Assembly (NCBI GenBank): GCA_043228905.1 | Contig: JBHGNT010000011.1 | Coordinates: forward strand, 1,302,001-1,366,000 | Source: Azolla caroliniana | Taxonomy: Eukaryota > Plantae > Polypodiophyta | Reading direction: 5' to 3' | Length of the DNA stretch: 64,000 bases | Shown: positions 50,596-63,256 of the stretch, piece after piece | How positions within the stretch are numbered: position 1 is the stretch's first letter | Layout: each line of letters opens with the position of its first letter | Notes under the pieces: generated by a model | Told to the model about the DNA's origin: nothing | Seen by the model: only the letters and a program-made list of their open reading frames with translations | The model's database searches: none | Made by a program: the position numbers and the translations under genes

Positions 50596-51370
50596 GTTGA
50601 GTATGCTCTTCAAGTTCGGGATGGCAAACTGTAAGTTCATCTCAACTCCTCTGGACAGAAACGCCAAGCTTTGCCGAGATTCAGGAAACGCATGTGACCC
50701 GACACGGTTCTGACAGAGCGTCGGAAGCCTAATTTATTTGACGATCACTTGGTCGGATCTCAGTTACCTGGTCGGCTTGATCAGTCAATTTATGTTGCAG
50801 CCCACGGCTGAACACCTTCTGTGTAGCACTAAGGATAGGGCGTTGTTATATCGGGCAGGCATAGCCAAGCAGTTAGTCGGTTACACGGATGTCAATTGGG
50901 CCGGAAATGCCGGCGATCATAGATCAACATCTGGATATGCATTTTCATTGGGAAGTGTGACGATAGTATGGAGCAGTAAAATGCAGCTGACAGTGGCATT
51001 ATCGAGCACAGAGGCCGAGTATCGAGGAGCGATTGTTCCGACATGCGAAGCCATTTGGCTCAAGAGGCTACCCAAGGATCTACAGGTGGAAGTGTCTGCT
51101 CTGACGACGATCTACTTTGACAACCTCAGCAGCATCCAACTTGCGAAGAACCCCGTCTTCCATGCCAGGACCAAGCACATTGAGGTGCACTACCATTTTG
51201 TCCACGAGCGTGTCCTCTCCGGTGAAGTCGAACTTGCATATGTTCCGACGGATTGGCAGATTGCTAACATCTTCACCAAGCCCCTTGGTCTTGACAACTT
51301 GTGGCAATTCTTGGGTGCGCTTGGTTTGCGGCATCTTGACGTGCCGAACTTGAGTGGGAGAAAAAACTAG
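50596..51370 (+). pseudogene. Host Copia RT end and RNase H (part 3)
   Basis: GYTDVNWAG..RSTSGY..VALSSTEAEY..FDNLSSI..HARTKHIEVHYHFV. Confidence 0.92.
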
Positions 51371-51949
51371 GAAAGGGAGTAGGAAAAGAGTGGAAGTGAC
51401 TATGAAACCGAGTCAGATGAAGAATTTGATTCCGGGTTGGCTAAAGAAGCCGAAAGCGGAAACAAGGGCAGCAATTGAAGATGAATGCGGGCAAGACCAA
51501 AGGCGAAGCCGAAGGCGGAAACAAGGGAATCGAATTCGTCTCCAATTCTTCTTCTATCTTCAGCAATCGAAGAAGCCGAAGACAGAAACAAGGCCAAGAC
51601 CAAGACATGGTCTGATGTGGTTAAGGGCCTGAAGATAGAAGACGAATTGGAGACAGCCAAATCAGGCAAGAGTGGAAATGAATCGGAGATAGCCGATTCG
51701 GTTCAAATGTTCGATTCGGAGACGCCGAATCAACTGAAGGACAAGTGGAGGAAAGGGCATCGTAAGAGGTGCCAACACTGCAACAGTAAGGGAGCTGAGA
51801 AAGGCCGCACAAGCTGACAAGCTGACTGAAAGAGTTGAGGCACATGGAATTGAACGGGTCGAGGAGTGCGAGCGAGGCGTGAAGCCTAGAGAAGCCGGAG
51901 CGAAGATCCAGAAGAGCAAGCAGAACGTAAAGTTGAGCTTGAGGGGGAG

Positions 51950-52353
51950 TGTTGAGATAGAAGCTCAACATTGGGTGTGTAAACTGGTGCGTAAACCCGA
52001 TGCACAACGAGAGGGCGTAGCAATGCGTAAACCGGGAGGCTGTTTGATAGATATTCCGTAGAGGAATATATTTTTGGGAATTAGTGTAGGGGTTCATTGA
52101 TGAGCATTGAAGTAGGAGTCAATACTTCTATTAGTCCATATGGAGTTGTATAAAAGTGCTCTCTGAGCACATCCTATGTATAGAGTTTTAGAGTATTGTT
52201 TTGGAATAGAATTTTCTGTGCGTTCTGCTCTCTTTGTCTCTCCCACTTACGTTGTGTTGATTAAGCTTTCCATTAAACCTTCCTCATCTTCCTTGTCTTT
52301 TGTCTGTTGTTACTTGGTTGTGTCTGTTAAGCTTCCGCACGTATTCTTTTACT
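51950..52353 (+). repeat. Copia 3' LTR
   Basis: Preceded by the PPT; homologous to 4991-5358. Confidence 0.9.
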
Positions 52354-52424
52354 AAGTTGATAGTGTCATTCTTGTATTGTAGCCCTTTTTTTGGAATAAG
52401 ATTGTTACATTGTGTGCCTCTTTG

Positions 52425-53285
52425 TGTTACGAGCATGACCATATAATATTCCATGGTAAGTTTTACTATAGTATTATTCTATACAGGTGGATAAAGTGTG
52501 AGGGTTAAACGAGAGTTTAAAGAAGGAAAGGATTACTTTAATCCTTGGGATCGAGACAACCCATTAGGCCAAGTGGGAACTTGCCTGGGGGCCTTAGGTC
52601 TGGCTATAAATATGAGGCCTAGCTACCCTCATTTGATCATATCTTGACTACATCAAGACTTTGTCCTCGTGGTGGATCCAACTCTTGTAGCGAGCGCGCT
52701 AGTACCAGGTATTACTCGACGCCATAACGGTGGTATGGGACGCCGATCGAGGCTTGAGTATGTCTTGATGATCCCTTCACTCGGGTGGTCGGGTGGATCG
52801 ACACCCTTCTTTCTCTCTCTCCTTATCTATTTACCTATTTTATCCTTATCATATGCTTACATTAGTAGCTAGCTCTAACAGTTGGTATTTGAGCTTTCAT
52901 TCTAATGTTTCTTTTGTTGATTGTTTTTGTTTTCTTCTTGATGGATGGCGATTGATCGAGCTTGATCCAGATAGCTATCAACAAAAGAACTTCGGTAACT
53001 CTTTCATGATTTTCTTTTTCTATTCTTTCTTCTCCCAATCTAATAATGTATAGTCAATATGTAATTTTTTTCATTGATTCAATTATATTGTAGTGGTAAT
53101 AATTGGTTGTATAAAACGTATACATATGTGTATGAGATCAATACCTCATTTGACATATATTTGATATGTGTTTTGTGTTGTATGCGTATGAGGTTAATAC
53201 CTTAGTTACGTGTTATGCTCACATACATATGTTACGTATACGTAAGAGGTCAATACCTCGATTTCTATGTAAATGATATGTGATT
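52425..53285 (+). mobile_element. Truncated family-A Gypsy: LTR (52425-52880), degenerate PBS and leader
   Basis: Reverse-complement homology to the A1/A2 LTRs (TGTTACGAGCATGACC...), TGGTATTTGAGC at 52883, leader GAGGT..ACCTC repeats. Confidence 0.8.
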
Positions 53286-55162
53286 TACCACCACGTGTTC
53301 CCACGTGTCGTTTGTCCATATGGGTCGGTCCCAAATCGTGGGATAACCAATTTTTGGACTATCCTACTCTTAGCCCATTTAAATTAGCTATAGAATTGGT
53401 CTGTAAGGTTATGCTTGTGGTGCAACATAATGACTTGAATATTCTACATACCAAAGTTAGATCCATCAAACTCTTATGAATTGGTCATGCTTTTGAATTA
53501 GTAGGATACATCTTTAAGGACGACATGAGAGATCGATTTGATATGGTCGATATGGGCCACGAATCGATCCTTCGAATCAATAAGGACAAGTTCACAATCA
53601 TCGATCACATTACCTTGAGTCGGATGGTTCCATAAACTGTTACGGGATTGTTACGGGATCGGCTGAGAGATTGATTCGATGAAAAACGGTGAAGTTAGGA
53701 TCATATGTGGAGTTGATCGAGATGAACCCACGAGCTTTTGATTGTGTCAATGCTTCGGATCGGGAGGTTCTTGTCCGTGCGGCTCTGCCATAAGATAGGA
53801 TCCCTGCGGATCGGTATTGCAATCCGGACATCTAATCCATCCGATGGCTATGGCCAAATGCAGTTTTGTGATGTGTCTTGGTGAGGAGGAGGATGGACAG
53901 ATAGGACTAGGGCATGCATGCTTCTTCACACCATAGAGGCTTTCCATGGCAAGAACAGAGGAATGATGGAATGAGCCTGAAGAACAGCAGTACATATAGA
54001 AAGAAGATCAGTTTCCCTCTGTAGCTTCACTGGATGAAGTAAAACGAGCGAGGCGGCGCGTACCCAGAACAGATCTTCCTCTTCCTTCTCCCTCCCCCCT
54101 CTTCTCCTTGTTGTTCCAGGTGATCTTCTTCACTCCTGTACCCTTGTCAAGAATTAGGGTTCTTCAAGCAATGGGTTTAGGCTTTGGGGCACTGGTCTTA
54201 GGGTCTCTGTCAAGCATTGGAGTTCTCAGTAATCAAAGGTGTCATCAAGCATCAGGTCTTTGTCTGGCATTAGGGTTCTTAGGGAAAACTAAGAGTTTTT
54301 GTTAAACCTCAGGTTCCCTTCTGACTCTAGGGTTTTCGATAAAAATAGCAGGGTGTGTAGCAGATTTTAGATTTTGTAGGCAAACAGTAAGGGGTTTTAA
54401 GTCACACATTAGGGTTTTTTGTTAGGACTGTCAAGTCAACATTAGTGCAATTCTTTGAATATTGTTATTTTGATCTGCAGCAAGAAGCATCCAAAAGGTG
54501 CGGATCTGCTCATTCCACGAACAGATCTTCCTACCTAGGTCTTTTGTAAAGGAATTTGCGTTACAGATCGATTGCCCTTATATAGAAATAGATGAATTCT
54601 CCTTCTAGACTGATTTAAGATATAGATCGATTTTCCATATATGGAAAGAATTTAAATTTTCCGTTTCATGGTTTTTTATTGTGCTGCTGCTGACATAGGG
54701 ATTTTTTCCTAGTGCCTTTTGCCTCATAGAGAGTTTCGTAGTTGCATTTATAGAGGAATTTAGCCTCTTCTCTTGATTGAGGATACATTTACTGCATAGA
54801 GGTATTTTCTCTGTAATCGAGGGATTTTTCCTAGTCCTTTTGTGCAAGGATGGGCTAAGTCTTTTGAGCATAAATTATTTTGACATATAAAGGAATTTTC
54901 CTTATAGAAAAACCTTTCTTGCGACTCCTTTGTGCTGGAATCTTGCCTTATATAGGTTTTTTCCTTGAAGAGGAAATTTGCACTCTGAGGAATTCTACTG
55001 ATTTTCATTCATACAGCGACATCTAAGATGCAGCTTGTCTGCTAAATCCTGCTAACTATTTAACACAAGGTTTGTTGTCTTCAATTTTCAGGGTAAATGG
55101 TGCCATAGACCTTTTGTCATACTCCTCTTCAGATCTGTGAAGGAAGGTCACAGCTCAGCAAA

Positions 55163-57154
55163 ATGGCGAGTGTATCTGTTTCTATGAGGATTTGTTCTCT
55201 CTGTTATGTCTTGGCCATATTTTGGGTGCCTAATGCTGATGGTTTTTATTTGCCTGGAAGCTATATGAAGAAGTTTTCTTACAATGATCCTCTCATGGTT
55301 ATGGTAAATTCACTTACATCCATCGAGACCGAGCTTCCATTCAGCTATTATAGTCTTCCATATTGTAAGCCGAAAGAAGGAGAACAACATAGTCCAGAGA
55401 ATCTTGGAGAGCTCCTTATGGGTGATCGCATCGAGAATTCACCCTATAAATTCCATATGAATGTCAATGAGTCAAGTGTATACCTGTGCACAACCTCAAA
55501 GCTTAATGCGGAAGCTACCAAGGTTTTGAAGCAGAGGATTAATGATCTTTATCAAGTTAATATCATGCTGGATAATCTACCTGCAATAAGGTATGTAAAA
55601 GCAGGAGATTACACACTTCAAATGACAGGATTCCCAGTGGGTTTCTTTGATGAGGCCCGCACGAAACAGCACTGCATTATCAATCACCTTAAGTTTATTG
55701 TTCTTATTCACGAGTTTCAAGATTCTGGCATCACGGGAGCAATGGCCACTGGTGATGGATTAGATGTCATTCCAACTGGTGATGGTAGTGATGGTAAGAA
55801 TTTGCCAGGTTTTCAAGTGGTTGGGTTTGAGGTCTATCCTTGCAGTGTCCGTCATTCTGATAAAGAGAGTATTTCAAAACTCAACATGCATGATAAGCTT
55901 CCCTCTGTTGATTGTGAGGATGCCACACCGCAATGCATTCAGGAAGGTGAGCAAATAGTGTTTTCTTATGATGTAAGTTTTGTGAAGAGCGACATTCGTT
56001 GGCCTTCACGATGGGATGCTTATCTCAAGATGGAAGGTGCTCGGGTGCATTGGTTCTCAATTTTGAATTCATTGATGGTCATCACATTCCTCGCTGGCAT
56101 TGTATTTGTCATCTTTCTTCGCACTGTACGTCGGGACTTGACCAAATATGAGGAATTAGACAAAGAAGCACAAGCCCAAATGAATGAAGAGCTTTCTGGA
56201 TGGAAGCTAGTGGTGGGAGATGTGTTTAGAGCTCCACCACATGCAAAGCTACTGAGTATCATGGTCGGAAATGGGGTACAAATTGCTGGGATGGCAGTTG
56301 TTACGATATTGTTCGCCGCTTTCGGGTTTATGTCTCCCGCATCGCGTGGGATGCTTCTTTCAGGAATGATATTACTCTATCTTTTCCTCGGGATATTGGC
56401 TGGCTATGTGGCTGTGAGGCTATGGAGGACCCTTAAAGGGGACTCTACTGGATGGAGATCAATTGCATTTCGTGTTGCATGCTTTTTCCCTGGAATTGCA
56501 TTTGGCATTTTGACCACTCTCAACTTCCTTTTGTGGGCAAGCAAGAGCACTGGCGCCCTACCAATATCTCTTTTCTTTGTGCTCCTTGCCTTATGGTTTT
56601 GTATCTCAGTGCCACTGACCCTTTTGGGTGGCTTCTTTGGCATAAGAGCTGAGCCAATTCAATATCCTGTCCGAACAAATCAGATACCTAGAGAGGTTCC
56701 AAAGCAAAAGTACCCATCATGGCTATTAGTTCTTGGGGCAGGAACTCTACCTTTCGGGACACTTTTCATCGAGCTCTTCTTCATCATGTCTAGCATTTGG
56801 CTTGGCCGAGTTTACTATGTCTTTGGCTTCCTCTTTGTCGTGCTCATATTGCTGGTGATAGTATGTGCGGAAGTCTCTGTTGTGCTCACATACATGCATT
56901 TGTGTGTGGAAGATTGGCGTTGGTGGTGGAAATCTTTCTTTGCATCGGGCTCTGTTTCATTATATGTTTTCCTTTATTCCATCAACTACCTGGTGTTTGA
57001 TCTACGAAGTTTGAGCGGGCCTGTTTCTACCACATTGTTTTTGGGATACTCAGTCTTGATGGTCTTGGCTATCATGCTTGCTACAGGTACTATTGGATTC
57101 CTCACATCGTTCTGGTTTGTTCACTTTCTCTTTTCATCAGTCAAGATTGATTGA
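55163..57154 (+). CDS. TM9SF: Transmembrane 9 superfamily (EMP70/nonaspanin) protein, plant TMN11/TMN12-like
   Basis: Signal peptide then FYLPG; ENLGELLMGDRIENSPY; VHWFSILNS; GWKLVVGDVFR; nine hydrophobic segments; C-terminal KID motif; single-exon CDS. Probable 5'UTR intron(s) between ~54120 and 55091. Confidence 0.96.
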   Translation: MASVSVSMRICSLCYVLAIFWVPNADGFYLPGSYMKKFSYNDPLMVMVNSLTSIETELPFSYYSLPYCKPKEGEQHSPENLGELLMGDRIENSPYKFHMNVNESSVYLCTTSKLNAEATKVLKQRINDLYQVNIMLDNLPAIRYVKAGDYTLQMTGFPVGFFDEARTKQHCIINHLKFIVLIHEFQDSGITGAMATGDGLDVIPTGDGSDGKNLPGFQVVGFEVYPCSVRHSDKESISKLNMHDKLPSVDCEDATPQCIQEGEQIVFSYDVSFVKSDIRWPSRWDAYLKMEGARVHWFSILNSLMVITFLAGIVFVIFLRTVRRDLTKYEELDKEAQAQMNEELSGWKLVVGDVFRAPPHAKLLSIMVGNGVQIAGMAVVTILFAAFGFMSPASRGMLLSGMILLYLFLGILAGYVAVRLWRTLKGDSTGWRSIAFRVACFFPGIAFGILTTLNFLLWASKSTGALPISLFFVLLALWFCISVPLTLLGGFFGIRAEPIQYPVRTNQIPREVPKQKYPSWLLVLGAGTLPFGTLFIELFFIMSSIWLGRVYYVFGFLFVVLILLVIVCAEVSVVLTYMHLCVEDWRWWWKSFFASGSVSLYVFLYSINYLVFDLRSLSGPVSTTLFLGYSVLMVLAIMLATGTIGFLTSFWFVHFLFSSVKID

Positions 57155-57685
57155 TCGAGAGAGAACAACGGTCTTTTACGTGGATTTAGCAAAGGTATGT
57201 GTGGATGCATATCTCTCTCCAATTAGTAGTAAAATTGGGTTGAAGTTGGTGGACATTGCATGCAGTGCATATCTGTGGCTTCAGTTTTTTGCTTTTCTTA
57301 CTGGAGCAAGTTGGTACTGGATTGTATGTAACATGCAAATATACAAATGACTTTTGGAATGACCTTTGCAATATCAATATTGACTTCCTAGTTAATGAAC
57401 ATTTTTGAACTTATATGAGGTACTGTATTTCCTATTGATTCGAAATCCTCACTTTCGTGATGGCGTTCAGATATTGTAAGCATAAAACAATGTCTACAAC
57501 AAGAATAAAAAATCCATTTAAGTTTTCATTGTGTGGTGCAGCTTCTGGCTGATGGGCTGCATCAGTTTATAAATGAATTATATGCATTTATTACAATTAT
57601 GGTAATCATTCATTGGCAAATGTCCAAGCAATGTGTTGAAATTTTGATACTGCATTGAATTTCTTGGAGGGCATGGGGTCCTATC

Positions 57686-57807
57686 AACCCGCAATTGTCC
57701 ACATACTAGATTTTTCATTGGTTTACTTGCTAAACAGTTACATTATAACCCGCAATTGTCCACATACTAGATTTTTCATTGGTTTACTTGCTAAACAGTT
57801 ACATTAT
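57686..57807. repeat. ~61-bp tandem duplication
   Basis: aacccgcaattgtccacatactagatttttcattggtttacttgctaaacagttacattat occurs twice. Confidence 0.9.
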
Positions 57808-58230
57808 ATAAATATCAAAAGGTCTGTTCTCACCTGTAATGTTTCTTTTTCTTGTCTTGATTAAATATTTAGAATTTGTGAACTACTACAAAAAGCTTAG
57901 TCACTGCATATTTGATAATGCTATATTACTCGTAAGATATCCTCTATTGAAATTTTTTATCACCAACTATTGTTGAATTTTGTGGTCATCAAGAGGATGT
58001 GAACTTTATGTTCATGAATCAAATCATTAAGCTGTAGACTTTAGAAAGATTTGTGATTATTAAGTCATGGACCAATGTGTCCCATGATTGAACCATTTAG
58101 CTAGTGATCTCCAAATAGAGTTGTTCTCATAGACTTAGTTAACAAAATAGGATTTAGTGTAGAAACTCTCGTAAGATAACAACACCTTTGATAAACAATT
58201 CTAGTCATGTGACTACCTTAAGTTTGAAAA

Positions 58231-59560
58231 TCATGTGTTGGAATTGTGGAGGATATCCTTGGAATAAAGGCTTGGGATTAAGTGATGTGGTTCACATTAT
58301 TGGTATTATATTTCTTGTTGAAACCAAGGAACATAAAGCCAAGCATATACATAAAATTTATATGGCCCCACACTAGAAGTAATATTGGCTGAGCAAAAGT
58401 GACATGTATTTATCATGGGGGTTTGGAAAACTAGATACAAGTATGCAAGTCTAATGAATACTAAAAATATACGTGGGTTGAAGTAACATTGTTAAAGATA
58501 AACTTTATTTGGCATGTTGTTACATTCCTCATAGAGAATCCCACTACTATAATGTTTCTAAGCTACATCATGATAATTATTTTTCAAATGTATGTGCATT
58601 CTTACATATCAGAAGATTGGAAAGTGTTGCTTGCGGGAGATTTTAATGTTGGAGTGGAACTTACCAAAATGTGGAAGTTATATGATAATGTAATGGTGAT
58701 AGATTTGGCGCATGAATCAAAAGATTGTATTATGTTAGATTATGGCAGGTTTCTCATACACATGATTAAATGCACAAGCTTATATATTATTAGTGGTACA
58801 TGTGCATTTCCAATATCAAATGTTTTGACATGTCTTCCATCCTTGGGACGAGGAAGTGTAATTGACTATATATTGGTGAAAGAATGTGATGAATCCATAA
58901 TGAATACTTTCAACATCGGTCCATTGGGAGCAAGATAGGCTATCAATATTTTGATGCACATGTAGGCGGACATAGAATGCTTAGTTTCCCATTCAATGGT
59001 TGGTTTGATGAAGACTCAAGGCTCATCTAAAATTTCCAAGCTTGCAAAAGATAAAACAAAGGAAGCCTTGATATTGCATCAATATCGAAGAATGACGATG
59101 AGAAAAAAACGACAATACTATCAAATGCAAAAGAAGAAGAAAAGACACCTTAGTTATACATCACTATCATGGCAAAAAAATTTATATAATTGGTTGAACA
59201 TCATCATGAAAGAGCATTAGGTCAAGCAAGCTTTAGACCAAAACATTCAATTGTCGATGATTTGGTTATACTAAGAGTTACACCAGAAAAAAGTCTACTG
59301 AATCAAGGGAAAACACTATTTCGCAGTTTTTTAGACCTGAAGTAAGATGTTGACACTATATTAAGGACTGAGCTTTGGAAAAGAATGGTAGAGAAAAGAA
59401 TGTCATTGCGGTATTAAGTAGTTATAGTATAATTGTACAAGCAAGTAAGGTGCCAATTCAAAATGGATAGTGGTATCTTGAAGTACCTTTTTGACAACAT
59501 GGGGGTCAAGTAAGAGTGCCCACTCTCTACCACACTCTTCAATCTATGCATCAATATCAA
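58231..59560 (+). pseudogene. Highly degenerate LINE (APE endonuclease and RT fragments)
   Basis: IMCWNCGG, FLVET, LAGDFN and SVIDYILV endonuclease motifs; GVK*ECPLSTTLFNLCI RT motif near 59500-59550. Confidence 0.75.
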
Positions 59561-59590
59561 CCAGTTCCCTCTTCATCCAAGTAGTTATCA

Positions 59591-59618
<28 letters not shown>
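59591..59618. repeat. (AT)n microsatellite
   Basis: 14 AT units. Confidence 0.95.
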
Positions 59619-59622
<4 letters not shown>

Positions 59623-60149
59623 GTACATATGTATGTGTTGACTATTGTAGGTAGCCGATTGGTCGGCTGAGGTCAACTGAGTAGAAGCAAGTATAGATGG
59701 ATCTTGTTTCACAAGAAACAAGCAAGCATGAATTAAGAAGAATATGGTGTATTGCTCTTGTCAAGAAGATATGCACATGAAAGAGAGAGAGAGATGAACA
59801 GTTACATAGAGACAGTTAGAGCTCAAGAAAACGGATGCATTACTATTCCTATCGAACCACTTTTCAAGAATTGGTTCCACATATTTATAGTTAGGGTAAT
59901 TAAACCCTAACTATGAGGATGTGTCCACACTAGGATTACAAAGGGTAGAGTGGGAATTTTAGCCCAACAAACTCCCCCATAAAGGACTACTCTAAATTTG
60001 ATAAAGAATTAGGGGTTATCTCCCCTGTAAGCTTAAATTACAATTTGAATTTAAACTATAATTAGAGTATATATAACTGCTAATAATTAGGTAATTAACT
60101 AAGGGTTAATTAGTATCTAATTATGTGAGTAGTTAATCGCATATGTGAT

Positions 60150-62032
60150 TAAGCAACAACAGAAGTTTACGTGATATGTGTGTGTATGTGTGTGAGACGA
60201 AGAGAGATAGGAAGTTACACTTATGAACAATAAGATAAACGGGCAATGATTAACAAGAGTGTAGCTAGATAACCTTTCTCTATATATTAATAAGCATCAT
60301 CAAATACAAAAATACCCACAATGAGGTATATATAGATCTCATGTACAAGGGTGCACATGTGTGAGGAGAATATAAGACAAAGATGTAAGTCCTATATTAA
60401 ATGTACTTGGGAGTGGAGGATCTAGAATGTATCCCGCTTAAGTACAAGGTGCTATTTAAGGCTTTAAGGTCAATACACTAACTAGATTCTATCTAGGTAA
60501 CTACTAAGATATGTGGTTGAGTAAACAACTAAACCTAGTTGAGCTTGATATCTCAACACACCCCCTCAAGCTCAAGTGTGAGGCGTTCGACATCCGATTT
60601 TGCTTTGGGCGTTGTCCGGCTTTCGGTGTCCGCTTCTATTCGGCTTTCGGCGTCGGCATTTCCGTGGAAGTTTTGGTTCCTCCCCCTCCTAGTGCATGGA
60701 ATGAAATAAAGAAAATGCAAAAACTTGCTCCTACATATATAATCGGCTGTAAAATCCTCAACATCCTAACCTATGATGCTATTAGAAAAAGGTGTCATGC
60801 AAAGAGTATACAAGTATATCACAAAAGTCAAGAATATTCCCAATCATAGATTGCCAAAACAAGCTTGTAATATAGGCATCATGGATGTATCTAATATAAG
60901 TATAAAAAATAGGAAATAAATATGAAAATAAAGAGATAGTGGGAGAAAGAAGTGTGTCAATCCACCTGACTATCCCCAAATGAAGGAATTGACACGAATC
61001 AAAGCCATGAACGGCATCCCATACCACCATTATAGGCTTCAAGTGATACTTGGTACCTGCATGCTCTTGCAACGTGAGTTTTTCACCACAAGATCATAGT
61101 GTCAACGTAGTCAAATGATCCCCTAATGAGGTTAGCTACACATCATGTTTATAGCTTGATCCAATGCCCCTAGGAGTCATGACACAGTGACATAAAATAC
61201 ATAGTTGGTGAGTATTGAAGCTACAACCTCACATCAACAAGATGTCATGCTCAACCATTTTGATATGAGCATGCATTTGTATATAATGGTTTATTATTCT
61301 ATAGTCTATCATATAGTACATCTCAAAATCAGAATAATCTAATAATTAGTAGGCAAGTTTGCACTTGACCCTTAAGGTTTGTCTCAATCCCTAAGATTAA
61401 AAACAATCCTCCCTTGTTTACATTCTCATTTAACTCTTACACTACCATCCTCATGTATAGAAAACTATGGTAAAAACTACCACGGGATAAGTTATGGTTA
61501 CATATGTAACATACTCCCCCTCTTTAAGAAGGATGGAGTGAAGATAATGTGGCACAACTGACATGGCACTAATATTGATTTGGTGGCCGACACGACATCT
61601 GACATGGCAGTTTATGTGGTGACTAAGTGGCAGTTGACAACTGGCAATGTTGTTGACATGGAGGTCATGTTGACGGTAGCTATCAATGGGTGACAAGGGC
61701 TTGCGTTCCACTCTTGGAACAAATCCGTAGGCATTGCAAAATGAATGTTTGCGTGGCTTGGTGACACATTTTACTAAAAAAGGGGGCATTGCTAATGCTC
61801 CATTCTATTGTAGTGGTACCTAATACTAATGCACTCTCACCACAAGATCACAATCTTGTTTCAAGGCCCTTAGGCAAGTTCACATTTGGCCCATAAGGGT
61901 TATCTCAATCCCTAAGATTAAAAGTAATCCCCCCTTCTTTACATTATCCATTAACCATCAGACACTTATCCTCATGTGTAGAAAACTACGATAAAAACTA
62001 TCATGATATACGTTATTGTTATGCTCGTAACA
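60150..62032 (-). mobile_element. Cluster of degenerate LTR remnants (Copia 3' LTR/PPT near 60560; family-A LTR pieces ~60870-61511 and ~61860-62032)
   Basis: tatctcaacacaccccctcaagctcaa is the reverse of the Copia PPT-LTR junction; A-type LTR motifs ending GTAACA, one followed by TACTCCCCCTCTTT. Confidence 0.65.
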
Positions 62033-62111
62033 TCAGAGTGAAAATCAAAATCTCATCTTTTTTGTAACTCCTTCCTTCTTGTAACTAATCTATAACAAAA
62101 ACTCTCTACGT

Positions 62112-63256
62112 TGTCGTGGATATCTGCGGCTTGTGGGTCGGCTCGGTTGGGATCATCGGGGTCTCGGACCAATGAGCCTAAGGATGGCCGGTGGCTATGA
62201 TCACGGTGTACTATCTGGCTCGATTGCCGGGCCTTTACCGAGCACACGGGCTCGTGGGATATGTATACGATCCGGCCTTGTCACTGGATTCCGAAGAATG
62301 AGCACACAGGCTCGCAGACTCAGGAAGATACGCGAGAGTAGAGGAGGGGAGAAGCGACGCTTTCCCCAGACATAGAAAATAGAGATAGGTATTAGGAACG
62401 TTGATCCGGCATAGACCAAAACAGGAAAACACAGAGAAAATACCCGGATATGGCAATACCAAATTTTCAACTAATAATCAAGACAAAGAAGAATACAAGC
62501 GGCCTCAGGCCGAAAGTAGAACTACAAGCTCAACAGACACATGCACACAGGTGAGCCTCTGGTCGGGAGCACTCGGGCTTCCTACACGAGCAGAGGCTTC
62601 ACCCTACCTATCCGGATGCACCAAGCAGGAAACAAGCACTTGAGAGCACAAACCGACAACACCTTCCCCTCCAAAACAATCGATCCCTCTCTCGGTTTCC
62701 CTCCCCTCCTTTTTATATCACAAGGAGAGGCCGTTACCTAAGTAGTTATGACAACTGTTTCTATCTGTGATTTCCCCAAGATTTTCTACCATCATATCCT
62801 ATTATTCCCCTCATTTCGTGGGATTACAAAAGTACCTAATAACTATGTTGTCTTGTACTTATTTAATAAACTCTTTATTTACATGTTTTTGTATAAAGGC
62901 CTCTTTTTATGTGCATTCGTGCACACCCTTGTTCACACGCACTCAATGGACCTTTCGTCTAGTGGCTGATTTCCTCCACGACATCCACCCTCACCAAAGC
63001 GCACATCCTCCGACATGTGCCAAATAGTGAAGGAGTGGTTCGATCCTCACTCGTCCTCCTCCGATTCGTCGCCAATCCGGCCCTCGTATGGTTCCTCATC
63101 CTCTGCCTTTAGGTCCGGTTCCGCCTCCTATTGCTTCTTGAAGGCCTTGATCCACTTTCCCATAATTGGTACCGCTATCCTTGTCCCTTCGAGCTCCACA
63201 AGGTGATACATGAAATTGTCGTTGGTGCTAGTCAACGCATATGGCCCGAACCATTG
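62112..63256 (-). mobile_element. C-related Gypsy 3' end: LTR 62112-62983, PPT and integrase C-terminus
   Basis: TGTCGTGG...CCACGACA; minus-strand WFGPY..YHLVELEGTRI..IKAFKK is homologous to C; left flank ACGT. Confidence 0.8.

Larger units (their letters stand above)
4991..52353 (+). mobile_element. Ty1/Copia LTR retrotransposon (outermost host), interrupted by three nested insertions
   Basis: LTRs 4991-5358 and 51950-52353 (TGTTGAGATA...TTTTACT); PBS TGGTATCAGAGC 5359-5370; PPT TTGAGGGGGAG 51939-51949; gag-PR-INT-RT-RH order across the pieces. No clean TSD seen. Confidence 0.88.

Noticed and set aside
4986-52358. TSD for the outer Copia
   Set aside because: Flanks GGAGT and AAGTT do not match; the two LTRs may be old or recombinant.
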